Positions 12,140 to 19,983 of a stretch of DNA of 64,000 bases are shown in pieces. The notes beneath the pieces are model-generated. The model saw only the letters and a program-made list of their open reading frames with translations, was not told the DNA's origin and did no database searches. Each line of letters starts with the position of its first letter. Position 1 is the stretch's first letter. A program made the position numbers and the translations under genes. Source of the DNA: Alphaproteobacteria bacterium (GTDB lineage: Bacteria; Pseudomonadota; Alphaproteobacteria; Puniceispirillales; Puniceispirillaceae); contig WTJA01000028.1 in NCBI GenBank assembly GCA_011524995.1, positions 15,453 to 79,452 on the forward strand. The letters are read 5' to 3'.

Positions 12140-13537
12140 TTATGAGCCATCGGCTAAAAGCGAGCGCAGCAAATCAACATCAGAGGATAAATGACTATCT
12201 TCAGCCATTAATTGCTCAATCTTTTTCACCGCATGCATCACCGTTGTATGGTCACGCCCACCAAATGAACGACCAATCGCTGGATAAGAGAGCGAGGTTA
12301 GATCTTTGGCTAAATACATCGCGATTTGACGAGGCCGTGCAATAGCGACGGAGCGCCGATTTGAGAACATGTCATTGGTGCGGATATTATAATGGGCCGA
12401 GACACGGCGCTGAATATCATCCACAGAAATTAACCGGTTGCTCGCCCGCAATAAATCAGCCAGCACCTCGCGCGCCATATCAACGCTCACCTCACGGCCA
12501 ACCAGCGTAGCATGCGCAATCAAGCGATTGAGGGCGCCTTCTAATTCGCGAATATTGGTGGTCACCTTATGGGCCAAAAATTCTAATACTTTATTTGGCA
12601 GATTGACTGCCACCCCTTCACGACGGGCCTGCAGGATACCAAGGCGCAATTCGTAATTTGACGGATGGATATCAGCCACCATACCCCAGCTCATACGAGA
12701 GCGTAGCCGTTCTTTTACCCCATCAAGATCTGACGGCGATTTATCAGCAGACAGAATCACCTGACGGCCTTCTTCCACAAGCGCGTTTAACGTATGGAAG
12801 AATTCTTCTTGGGTTGATTCTTTGCCTGACATGAATTGAATATCATCAACCATCAGCACATCACAGGACCGGAAGCGTTCTTTGAAGCTCATCGTGTCTT
12901 TGCGACGAAGTGCGGCGACAAATTGATTCATGAATTTCTCAGCCGAGAGATAAATTACCTTACGGTCAGGATTGCGCCGGTTACTTTCCCAAGCAATAGC
13001 ATGCATCAGGTGTGTTTTACCAAGACCGACACCGCCATATAAAAAGAGCGGGTTAAAGGCGTGGCTTGTTTCATCTGATTCGGCCACACGCCGGGCTGCG
13101 GCATAAGCAAGCTCATTTGGCTTACCCACAACGAAATTGTCAAAGCTGAAACGCGAATCAAGTGATTCTGTTCCAGAGAGGCTCACGGCCTCAAGCGAAT
13201 CAGTCTGTCGCCCTGCGTCACTGACAGGCATTTCTGTGAGGCGCGGCGGCTGATCCACACGCTGAATGGATTGGCTTGTCCGCAGAATAATCTCAATATC
13301 ACGAATCGCGCGATCTTCAGCACCAACAAGAATCCGCAAACGGTCAAGATATTGGCCGATCACACGTTCTCTTGTGAGGCGGCTTGTGGTGGCGAGGGTT
13401 AAGCAGCCCTCTTCACAGCTCACAACCAATAACGGCTTAATCCAGTTCCGCCATGCGACATCACCTAGGTCAGACTTTAGGCGTGCAGAGACATTGTCCC
13501 ATAAGGCTTGCACTTCATGTCTATTGGCCTGTCCCAT
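12140..13537 (-). CDS. dnaA: Chromosomal replication initiator DnaA
   Basis: 465 aa with the AAA+ Walker A GGVGLGKTHLMHA, the Walker B VLMVDDIQF, and the C-terminal DNA-binding motif SYPAIGRSFGGRDHTTVMHA. Confidence 0.97.
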   Translation of the reverse strand: MGQANRHEVQALWDNVSARLKSDLGDVAWRNWIKPLLVVSCEEGCLTLATTSRLTRERVIGQYLDRLRILVGAEDRAIRDIEIILRTSQSIQRVDQPPRLTEMPVSDAGRQTDSLEAVSLSGTESLDSRFSFDNFVVGKPNELAYAAARRVAESDETSHAFNPLFLYGGVGLGKTHLMHAIAWESNRRNPDRKVIYLSAEKFMNQFVAALRRKDTMSFKERFRSCDVLMVDDIQFMSGKESTQEEFFHTLNALVEEGRQVILSADKSPSDLDGVKERLRSRMSWGMVADIHPSNYELRLGILQARREGVAVNLPNKVLEFLAHKVTTNIRELEGALNRLIAHATLVGREVSVDMAREVLADLLRASNRLISVDDIQRRVSAHYNIRTNDMFSNRRSVAIARPRQIAMYLAKDLTSLSYPAIGRSFGGRDHTTVMHAVKKIEQLMAEDSHLSSDVDLLRSLLADGS

Positions 13538-13705
13538 AATTAGGTCACACTCACTTTTCTTGCCGAACTTGTGGTTTGCGCGTCATCAAAGAGCCCCCCG
13601 ACCGAGATGATGACACATCAACGCGGACCTGTAGAGTAGTCAAAAATGACGAGATAGTTCAAGGGCAGGAAGTGCCAAAATCAGCAAATAAAATGCCAAA
13701 AATAT

Positions 13706-13876
13706 GATTCTTTTCGCTTGACACATTTTGTGCTTGCCAGGGGGTTTTGGGCCCCATGCACCTGCCAAAAAGGACTGGCATTTTTAAAAATCTATGGAAA
13801 TACAATCGCTAGCGAAATGAATCACCTTTGCCAAGGAGCGGTGAATCACTTCAGCCCTCGAGGATTGATTCGAATC
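13706..13876. promoter_or_regulatory. Cluster of five GANTC sites in the dnaA upstream spacer (candidate CcrM methylation sites)
   Basis: The sites are GATTC at 13706, GAATC at 13819, GAATC at 13843, and the adjacent GATTC-GAATC pair at 13867-13876. TGAATCAC occurs twice, 24 bp apart. Confidence 0.3.
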
Positions 13877-13884
13877 AGTAGCGC

Positions 13885-13916
13885 AAAAGAAAAAGGCCAC
13901 CATCGCTGGCAGCCTT
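13885..13916 (-). terminator. Rho-independent terminator of rpsT
   Basis: The minus-strand RNA reads AAGGCUGCC-AGCGAU-GGUGGCCUU followed by UUUUUCUUUU, about 30 nt after the rpsT stop. Confidence 0.55.
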
Positions 13917-13945
13917 ACCTCATACATCGAAATGGCGAGCGTGCG

Positions 13946-14212
13946 TTACGCTGCTAATGCCTTCACGCGTGCTGACAAGCGTGACATCTTTCTTGATGCT
14001 GTATTCTTATGAAGCACACCACGGCTGACACCGCGCATGATTTCAGGCTGTGCATCACGTAGTGCCTGGTCAGCAGCTGCTTTATCGCCAGCTGTGATAG
14101 CCGCTTCCACTTTCTTGATGAAAGTACGAATACGACCAATACGAGCGCCGTTGATTTCAGCGCGCTTTGCGTTTCTGATAATACGCTTTTTTGCAGACTT
14201 ATGGTTTGCCAT
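13946..14212 (-). CDS. rpsT: 30S ribosomal protein S20
   Basis: [26 protein letters not shown]... gives 88 aa from the ATG at 14212. The track ORF extends upstream spuriously. Confidence 0.95.
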   Translation of the reverse strand: MANHKSAKKRIIRNAKRAEINGARIGRIRTFIKKVEAAITAGDKAAADQALRDAQPEIMRGVSRGVLHKNTASRKMSRLSARVKALAA

Positions 14213-14252
14213 AACAGGCCCTCTATCATCCGAATATAAAATTAGATGCTGG

Positions 14253-14281
14253 TGTATATGATTAGATGCTAGGCAAGTCAA
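14253..14281 (-). promoter_or_regulatory. Candidate sigma-70-type promoter of rpsT
   Basis: The minus strand reads TTGACT, a 17-nt spacer, then TATACA, about 40 nt upstream of the rpsT ATG. It overlaps a 10-bp direct repeat ATTAGATGCT (14241-14250 and 14261-14270). Confidence 0.3.
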
Positions 14282-14306
14282 GCCTTTTCAGCATTTTCAC
14301 CCTGCA

Positions 14307-14711
14307 CTATGATACTGGCCCAACCGTTATGACATAAAGGCTCTGGCCATCTGAGGCTGTCCCATCAGCTTCGATGCGCAAGGTTTCATTTGCCTTCACA
14401 TAGCCAACCCCCTGCTTTTGCCAGCCTAGCGCGGCAAGAGTCTCATCATAAAATGAGGTAAGCGCTGCCTCATCAAGCCTTGTTTGGATGGTAAATTTCA
14501 CCACACGGCCTGCTGGCGAATCAAAGGAAACCGCATCTGTAGTATCAATAATCGCACTAGCCGGCACAGGCACATCTCCGACCCACCCGGCTTGTTCGGC
14601 TTGCGCAAAACTGGCGGTGCCCATCACGACAAGGCAAACCCCGATGACAGATAATAGTTTTACCAACCTCTGCCAGAGGTGTGAAACCTGCAGCCATGCA
14701 TATGATATCAT
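14307..14711 (-). CDS. Exported protein of unknown function
   Basis: From the ATG at 14711 the signal peptide is ...LLSVIGVCLVVMGTASFAQA. Length is 134 aa and I recognise no family. The longer track ORF would overlap the mutM 3' end. Confidence 0.45.
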   Translation of the reverse strand: MISYAWLQVSHLWQRLVKLLSVIGVCLVVMGTASFAQAEQAGWVGDVPVPASAIIDTTDAVSFDSPAGRVVKFTIQTRLDEAALTSFYDETLAALGWQKQGVGYVKANETLRIEADGTASDGQSLYVITVGPVS

Positions 14712-14776
14712 GATATCTCCCCCTTGCGGGCCATTGCAGGCAGCAGAACACCGCCTATTCGTGCGCTTTAGCCTAC

Positions 14777-15604
14777 CTATCTTTGACAAAGCGGGCAATA
14801 GAAACTCGACCGGCCTGATTGGCGAATCGCCTTAATGGGGGTCGCACAGCGATGACAAGGGGCGCCCTCTCTGCCATAAACATCAAGGGATTGGACAAAA
14901 TAACCTAATTTGCCATCAGGTTGTCTGTGATCGCGCAAAGAGGTGCCGCCTTGGGCAATCGCCGCTTCTAACACATCTCTGATAGATGGTAGGAGCCGGC
15001 GCGCCCGCTTGCCTATCACCGTATCGGCACGTCGCCGCGGCGAAATGCCAGCCCTGAATAAGGCTTCACAAACATAGATATTGCCCAGCCCTGCAATCTG
15101 CCGCTGATCAAGCAAAAATGATTTAATCGGCACTGTCTTGCCTTGCAGCTTGTCTTCTAAATACGCCTCAGAGAAGGCATCTGATAATGGTTCTGGCCCT
15201 AAGGCAGCTAATGAGGGATGGCTGTCATGGTCGGCCCGGCGCAAAATATCAACATAGCCAAATCGGCGCGGGTCATTAAAGGTAATCCAATGTTTGACCC
15301 CCTCTTGTGAGACCTGCCATTCAATATGGTCATGGGCTCGTCCATTGGGCGCATGATCTGAAATCCGAATGCTGCCAGACATGCCCAAATGTATCAGCAT
15401 AACATCTTGCGCGAGCCAGACTTGGATGATCTTGGCCCGGCGGGTGACATCGACAATGTTTTGCCCTTCAAGACGCGCTGCCAAATCAGGGGCGAGGTCC
15501 CAGCGTAAATTCGGGCGCCTGATATCAGCCTTTGTGATGGTGGCACCCGTCATAACAGGCGTAAGCGCTCGCCTGACAGTCTCTACCTCTGGTAATTCTG
15601 GCAT
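14777..15604 (-). CDS. mutM: Formamidopyrimidine-DNA glycosylase
   Basis: It has the N-terminal MPELPEVETVRR and the C-terminal zinc finger CHRCATPIKAIRQSGRSSFYCPLCQ. Confidence 0.95.
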   Translation of the reverse strand: MPELPEVETVRRALTPVMTGATITKADIRRPNLRWDLAPDLAARLEGQNIVDVTRRAKIIQVWLAQDVMLIHLGMSGSIRISDHAPNGRAHDHIEWQVSQEGVKHWITFNDPRRFGYVDILRRADHDSHPSLAALGPEPLSDAFSEAYLEDKLQGKTVPIKSFLLDQRQIAGLGNIYVCEALFRAGISPRRRADTVIGKRARRLLPSIRDVLEAAIAQGGTSLRDHRQPDGKLGYFVQSLDVYGREGAPCHRCATPIKAIRQSGRSSFYCPLCQR

Positions 15605-15732
15605 TGGCTTTTCTATTCCTTTTCTTGCTTGCCTGATTGCATTTAGCCTGATGCTGGACTAGATCAATAGGCAATCCCACGCTTATCCCTAACTGATAAG
15701 ATTTGAGTATCTGTCATAGAGAGGTGCCAGAC

Positions 15733-16506
15733 ATGGAACAAGATAGCAAATCAAGCGCCAATAAGAATGATGGCGATTTCATTGATTTCGGATTTCAATC
15801 TGTTCCGAAAACAGAAAAAGAAGCGCGCGTCAAATCTGTCTTTTCATCTGTAGCGCGTAATTATGATGTGATGAATGATTTAATGTCTTTGGGTGTGCAT
15901 CGGTTATGGAAAGATGCGCTAATGGATTGGTTGGCACCACAACCCCATCATAGCCTGATGGATTTGGCAGGTGGGACAGGTGATGTGGCTTTGCGCTTTT
16001 TAAAGCGTGGTGGTGGCCATGTGACAATTGTCGATATTAATGAAGATATGCTTGCCGCTGGTCAGGCGCGTGCGGTTATGAAGCCCTATGCTGATAAGCT
16101 TGAGTGGGTTGTTGGAAATGCCGAAAAATTGCCTCTAGCAGATAACTCAGTTGATAGAGCGACCATTGCCTTTGGCTTGCGGAATGTTACGAATCGTGAT
16201 GTCGCCCTGGCAGAGATTTACCGCGTGTTAAAACCTGGGGGCCGGTTTTGCTGTCTCGAATTCTCCAAAGTCGAGAATAAATTATTTTCAAAAATTTATG
16301 ATGAATGGTCGTTTAAGATCCTCCCTCAAATGGGACAGATTGTAGCCAAAGATAGAGATAGCTATCAATATCTCGTCGAATCTATCCGCCAATTCCCTGA
16401 TCAATATCGCTTGGCTGATATGATGACAGATGCGGGATTTGAACAAGTGCGCTTCCGCAATCTGTCTGGCGGGATTGCTGCCATTCATTCAGGCTGGAAA
16501 CTCTGA
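15733..16506 (+). CDS. ubiE: Ubiquinone/menaquinone C-methyltransferase UbiE
   Basis: It has FSSVARNYDVMNDLMSLGVHRLWK and the SAM motif DLAGGTGD. GAGAGG lies 8 nt upstream of the ATG at 15733. Confidence 0.92.
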   Translation: MEQDSKSSANKNDGDFIDFGFQSVPKTEKEARVKSVFSSVARNYDVMNDLMSLGVHRLWKDALMDWLAPQPHHSLMDLAGGTGDVALRFLKRGGGHVTIVDINEDMLAAGQARAVMKPYADKLEWVVGNAEKLPLADNSVDRATIAFGLRNVTNRDVALAEIYRVLKPGGRFCCLEFSKVENKLFSKIYDEWSFKILPQMGQIVAKDRDSYQYLVESIRQFPDQYRLADMMTDAGFEQVRFRNLSGGIAAIHSGWKL

Positions 16507-16508
16507 AC

Positions 16509-18017
16509 ATGGTGGTCTCTGCGCTCCTAAGATTGCCTCTGATTGGCTGGCGTCTAGGACGGGCAGGGATGCTGCATCATTTAGCGCGAATCACGCTTCT
16601 GCCGCTTTGGCTGCGCCGGTTACTACGTGTGTTTGATAAACTCATCACGCTAGGTCGCATCGAACAAGATGCTGGGCGCGCTTTATGTATTGCGCTTCAA
16701 AATTGTGGTCCTGGCTTCATCAAATTTGGACAAGCGCTGTCAACAAGGGCTGATTTGATTGGCCCTGATTTGGCACTTAGCCTATCAGAATTGCAAGACA
16801 GGCTACCGCCTTTCTCTGCGATGCGCGCCACAAAACAGATTGAAGAGGCCTGCGGCGCGCCGCTTACGACCTTATTTAAAAGCTTTGATGAGACGCCCGT
16901 TGCTGCCGCATCTATCGCCCAAGTCCACAAAGCCAGTCTGCCAGATGGTCAGCCAGTGGCTGTCAAAATCCTGCGTCCTCATATTGAAACGCAAATGCGC
17001 AAAGACACCGATTTCTTCCAGGCGATGGCCCATATCGCAGAGCGCCTGTCACCAGCTTTGGCACGGTTACGTCTCATTGAAGCGGTACGCCAATTTGAAG
17101 TGATTTGCGATATTGAACTTGATTTGCGAATGGAAGCCGCCGCAGGTGCCAAGCTTGGTGATAATATGGCCGGCGATGCTGGTATCCGTATTCCAAAAAT
17201 GCATCTCAGCTATTGTCATGCCACAATGCTTGTCACCGAATGGGTTGATGGGTTGCGTCTTGATGATGTGCCGGCGCTTCACAAAGCTGGGCATGATGTG
17301 GAACGCCTGACAGAGGCGGCTGCCTCCAGCTTTTTCAATCAAGTGTTCCGCGATGGCTATTTCCATGGCGATATGCACCCCGGCAATGTGTTTGTCGATG
17401 CTGACGGCCTGTTAGTGCCGATTGATTTTGGCATTATGGGACATTTGGGAAAGGCGGACCGTATCTTTTTAGGTCAGCTGATGATCGCGCTTCTTGACCG
17501 TGATTATGACAAGGTGGCAACGCTTCATGCCGATGCCGGTATGATTGGCCCTGATGTGCCTTTGCATCATTTCGCCCAGAATATCCGGGCTGTGGTAGAC
17601 CCGCTTCTTGGCAAGCCTTTGGGCGAGGTATCACTTGGTGCGGTGATGGGGCAAATTCTAAAGATTTCCACACGCTTTGATATTCAAGTGCAAACGCAAT
17701 TTAACTTGCTACAAAAAACCATGATGATGGCGGAAGGTGTCGCGCGCCAACTCAATCCCAAGGCGGATATGTGGCAATTATCACGGCCGCTTGCCGCCCA
17801 ATGGATTGCGGACCAATCACATCCTGAAACATGGCTAGCCGAAGGACGCCATCAGCTACGCCGCCTCATCCACCTCATGCCACGCTTGCTTGATAAGTGG
17901 GAGCAGGAGGAGAAACCAGCCCCACCACCGCCCCCGCCGTCACGCAAAGGGGCCTTTATCACAGGGGCCGCTGTCATTGGTGCGATTTGGGCGCTATTTC
18001 ACATCGCCAGCCTTTAA
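16509..18017 (+). CDS. ubiB: Ubiquinone biosynthesis ABC1-family kinase-like protein UbiB
   Basis: It has GPGFIKFGQALSTRADL, AAASIAQVH, VAVKILRP and FHGDMHPGN, plus a C-terminal TM segment. It starts 3 nt after the ubiE stop. Confidence 0.92.
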   Translation: MVVSALLRLPLIGWRLGRAGMLHHLARITLLPLWLRRLLRVFDKLITLGRIEQDAGRALCIALQNCGPGFIKFGQALSTRADLIGPDLALSLSELQDRLPPFSAMRATKQIEEACGAPLTTLFKSFDETPVAAASIAQVHKASLPDGQPVAVKILRPHIETQMRKDTDFFQAMAHIAERLSPALARLRLIEAVRQFEVICDIELDLRMEAAAGAKLGDNMAGDAGIRIPKMHLSYCHATMLVTEWVDGLRLDDVPALHKAGHDVERLTEAAASSFFNQVFRDGYFHGDMHPGNVFVDADGLLVPIDFGIMGHLGKADRIFLGQLMIALLDRDYDKVATLHADAGMIGPDVPLHHFAQNIRAVVDPLLGKPLGEVSLGAVMGQILKISTRFDIQVQTQFNLLQKTMMMAEGVARQLNPKADMWQLSRPLAAQWIADQSHPETWLAEGRHQLRRLIHLMPRLLDKWEQEEKPAPPPPPPSRKGAFITGAAVIGAIWALFHIASL

Positions 18018-18058
18018 TTCACCAGTCATTCACATTTTCGACTAAAATAAGCTTCCTT

Positions 18059-18074
18059 TTCACAATTTTGTGAA
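18059..18074. promoter_or_regulatory. Perfect 7-2-7 palindrome TTCACAA-TT-TTGTGAA, candidate operator
   Basis: Read directly from the sequence. It ends 12 nt upstream of the ATG at 18087 and belongs to a larger array of TTCACA/TGTGAA sites (see findings). Confidence 0.4.
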
Positions 18075-18086
18075 TTACGATAGGCT

Positions 18087-19520
18087 ATGACTGATTCACT
18101 GACCCTTGATGATTACGCACGTCTTCTAGGCGGTAGGCAGGCCCTTCAGGACCTATTAGGCGTGGGGCCCTCTGCGCTGTCTAACTATGTGAAACGAGGG
18201 ACGATTCCTGTGAAAAAACGCGCCCTTTTGGACAAAGCAGTTTCACAAAATAGTCACAAGCAGCCTCCACTTTCACAAAATCACATATCTGAGGCCCCTA
18301 TTTGTTTGTTGATTATCACAGGCGGCATTGCCGCTTATAAGGCGCTTGACCTGGCGCGGCGTATGCAAGATGCCGGCTATCAGGTGCGCGGGGTTATGAC
18401 AAAATCAGCAGAGGAATTCATTACCCCCTTATCGCTATCAGCGCTCACAGGGGAAGCAGTTTACACAGAGCTTTTCTCCCTCACAGATGAACAAGAGATG
18501 GGACATATTCGCCTGGCCAGAGAAGCCGACCTTGTTCTTGTCGCACCAGCGACAGGTAATTTCATTGCCAAATTGGCCCTAGGCTTGGCTGATGATTTGG
18601 CGTCTACCCTATGTCTTGCAAGTACGGCGCCGCTTTATCTCGTACCAGCGATGAACCCTGTTATGTGGGCGCATGAGGCGACCCAGGCAAATTGCGCGAC
18701 ATTACGGGCGCGCGGCGCTGTTCAAATTGGCCCTGTGAGTGGCGATACAGCCTGCGGGGAAATTGGCTCTGGGCGCATGAGTGATGTGGTTGATATTGTT
18801 GCGGCCGTGAAGGCGCATCATCATGGTAGTGAGCAAGCGAGCCTTAACCGTAAAGCATTGGCAGGTCTTTCCGTCCTCCTCACGGCAGGTCCGACCGAAG
18901 AGCCCATCGATGGGGTGCGCTTTATTTCAAATCGATCGTCTGGCAAGCAAGGTTATGCGATTGCAGAAGCCTGTCAGAAGCTTGGCGCTGAGGTCACACT
19001 CATCTCTGGGCCGACAGCGCTGCCTTGTCCGAAAGGTGTGGCGCGCATTGATGTGCAAACAGCGCGCCAAATGCATGAGGCAACCTTGGCCCAGCTGCCA
19101 ACTGATATTGCCATTTGTACGGCCGCTGTCGCAGATTGGCATGTCAGAGGCGCCGGACACAAAAAGGTCAAAAAAGAGGCCAATGCGGCACCCCCGCAGT
19201 TAGATTTGGTTGAAAACCCCGATATTTTAAAAGCGATTTGTGCCGCGGCACACAGGCCGCCCCTTGTCATTGGCTTTGCAGCTGAGACAGATAATCCGCT
19301 TGACGCGGCACGCGCAAAACGCCGCCGCAAGGGATGTGATTGGCTGCTTGTGAATCATATCACGGAGGCGGCCCCTGTCTTTGGCGCGGATGATAACCAA
19401 TTAACCCTTATGACCGACCATGATGAGATATCCTGGCCACGCTCGTCAAAACAGCAGCTAGCTGATAGATTAGCCAGCGAGATTGCCGCCTATTTTGAGA
19501 CAGAAAGTCTTCCCTCATGA
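18087..19520 (+). CDS. coaBC: Bifunctional phosphopantothenoylcysteine decarboxylase / phosphopantothenate-cysteine ligase with an unusual N-terminal HTH-like extension
   Basis: The flavoprotein domain starts at [21 protein letters not shown], about residue 72, with PAMNPVMW and the CoaB motif [11 protein letters not shown]. Residues 1-70 are in frame with no stop codon. An alternative internal TTG start lies near 18306. Confidence 0.88.
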   Translation: MTDSLTLDDYARLLGGRQALQDLLGVGPSALSNYVKRGTIPVKKRALLDKAVSQNSHKQPPLSQNHISEAPICLLIITGGIAAYKALDLARRMQDAGYQVRGVMTKSAEEFITPLSLSALTGEAVYTELFSLTDEQEMGHIRLAREADLVLVAPATGNFIAKLALGLADDLASTLCLASTAPLYLVPAMNPVMWAHEATQANCATLRARGAVQIGPVSGDTACGEIGSGRMSDVVDIVAAVKAHHHGSEQASLNRKALAGLSVLLTAGPTEEPIDGVRFISNRSSGKQGYAIAEACQKLGAEVTLISGPTALPCPKGVARIDVQTARQMHEATLAQLPTDIAICTAAVADWHVRGAGHKKVKKEANAAPPQLDLVENPDILKAICAAAHRPPLVIGFAAETDNPLDAARAKRRRKGCDWLLVNHITEAAPVFGADDNQLTLMTDHDEISWPRSSKQQLADRLASEIAAYFETESLPS

Positions 19521-19966
19521 TACCAGATATTCAGATGTTACGATTGCCCCATGCCGCTGATTTGCCGCTGCCGGCCTATCAAAGTCAGGGGGCAGCAGGC
19601 TTTGACCTCATGGCTGCACTTAATGCCGAGATGATCTTAGCCCCTGGGGAATTTTCCGCCATTCCGACAGGGCTGCAAATGGCAATCCCCGAAGGGTGGG
19701 AGGGGCAAGTGCGGCCGCGGTCTGGCCTTGCCTTTAAAGCTGGTGTAACCGTCTTAAATAGCCCCGGCACGATTGATTGCGATTATCGCGGCGAGGTGAA
19801 AGTGATTTTGATCAATCATGGCGCCGCGCCCTTTACCATCACCCATGGTATGCGCATTGCCCAAATGGTGATCGCCCCTGCCATGCAAGCGCGGATCTTA
19901 GAAGCGAGCGCGCTAGATGACACAGATCGTGGCGCATCTGGTTTTGGCTCCACAGGTACAAAATAG
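19517..19966 (+). CDS. dut: dUTP diphosphatase
   Basis: It has [24 protein letters not shown] and C-terminal [14 protein letters not shown] overlaps the coaBC stop. Confidence 0.95.
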   Translation: MIPDIQMLRLPHAADLPLPAYQSQGAAGFDLMAALNAEMILAPGEFSAIPTGLQMAIPEGWEGQVRPRSGLAFKAGVTVLNSPGTIDCDYRGEVKVILINHGAAPFTITHGMRIAQMVIAPAMQARILEASALDDTDRGASGFGSTGTK

Positions 19967-19983
19967 GCAAAGCATAATTAGAT

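Noticed and set aside
13683-13698. A sigma-54-like promoter element TGGCAT-N5-TTGCT on the minus strand, about 135 nt upstream of the dnaA ATG
   Set aside because: The spacing is correct, but TGGCA-N6-TTGC has only 9 fixed positions. About 0.5 such matches are expected by chance in 64 kb on two strands. The region is AT-rich and repeats TGGCA for other reasons. No enhancer-binding-protein gene is nearby, and sigma-54 control of dnaA has no precedent that I know of.
13538-13945. The 408-bp spacer upstream of dnaA as the chromosomal origin (oriC)
   Set aside because: I found no canonical TTATCCACA/TGTGGATAA boxes. The best 9-mers match the relaxed consensus at only about 7/9. There is no switch in gene orientation: everything from 505 to 15604 is on the minus strand on both sides of dnaA. 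Well-studied alphaproteobacterial origins are typically hemE-linked rather than dnaA-linked. A whole-replicon GC-skew analysis would settle it.
13718-13957. A 79-aa + strand ORF inside the dnaA-rpsT spacer
   Set aside because: It runs through the rpsT terminator and into the rpsT 3' end on the opposite strand. It starts at a TTG with no SD and has an odd His/Cys/Trp-rich composition, so it is most likely not coding.
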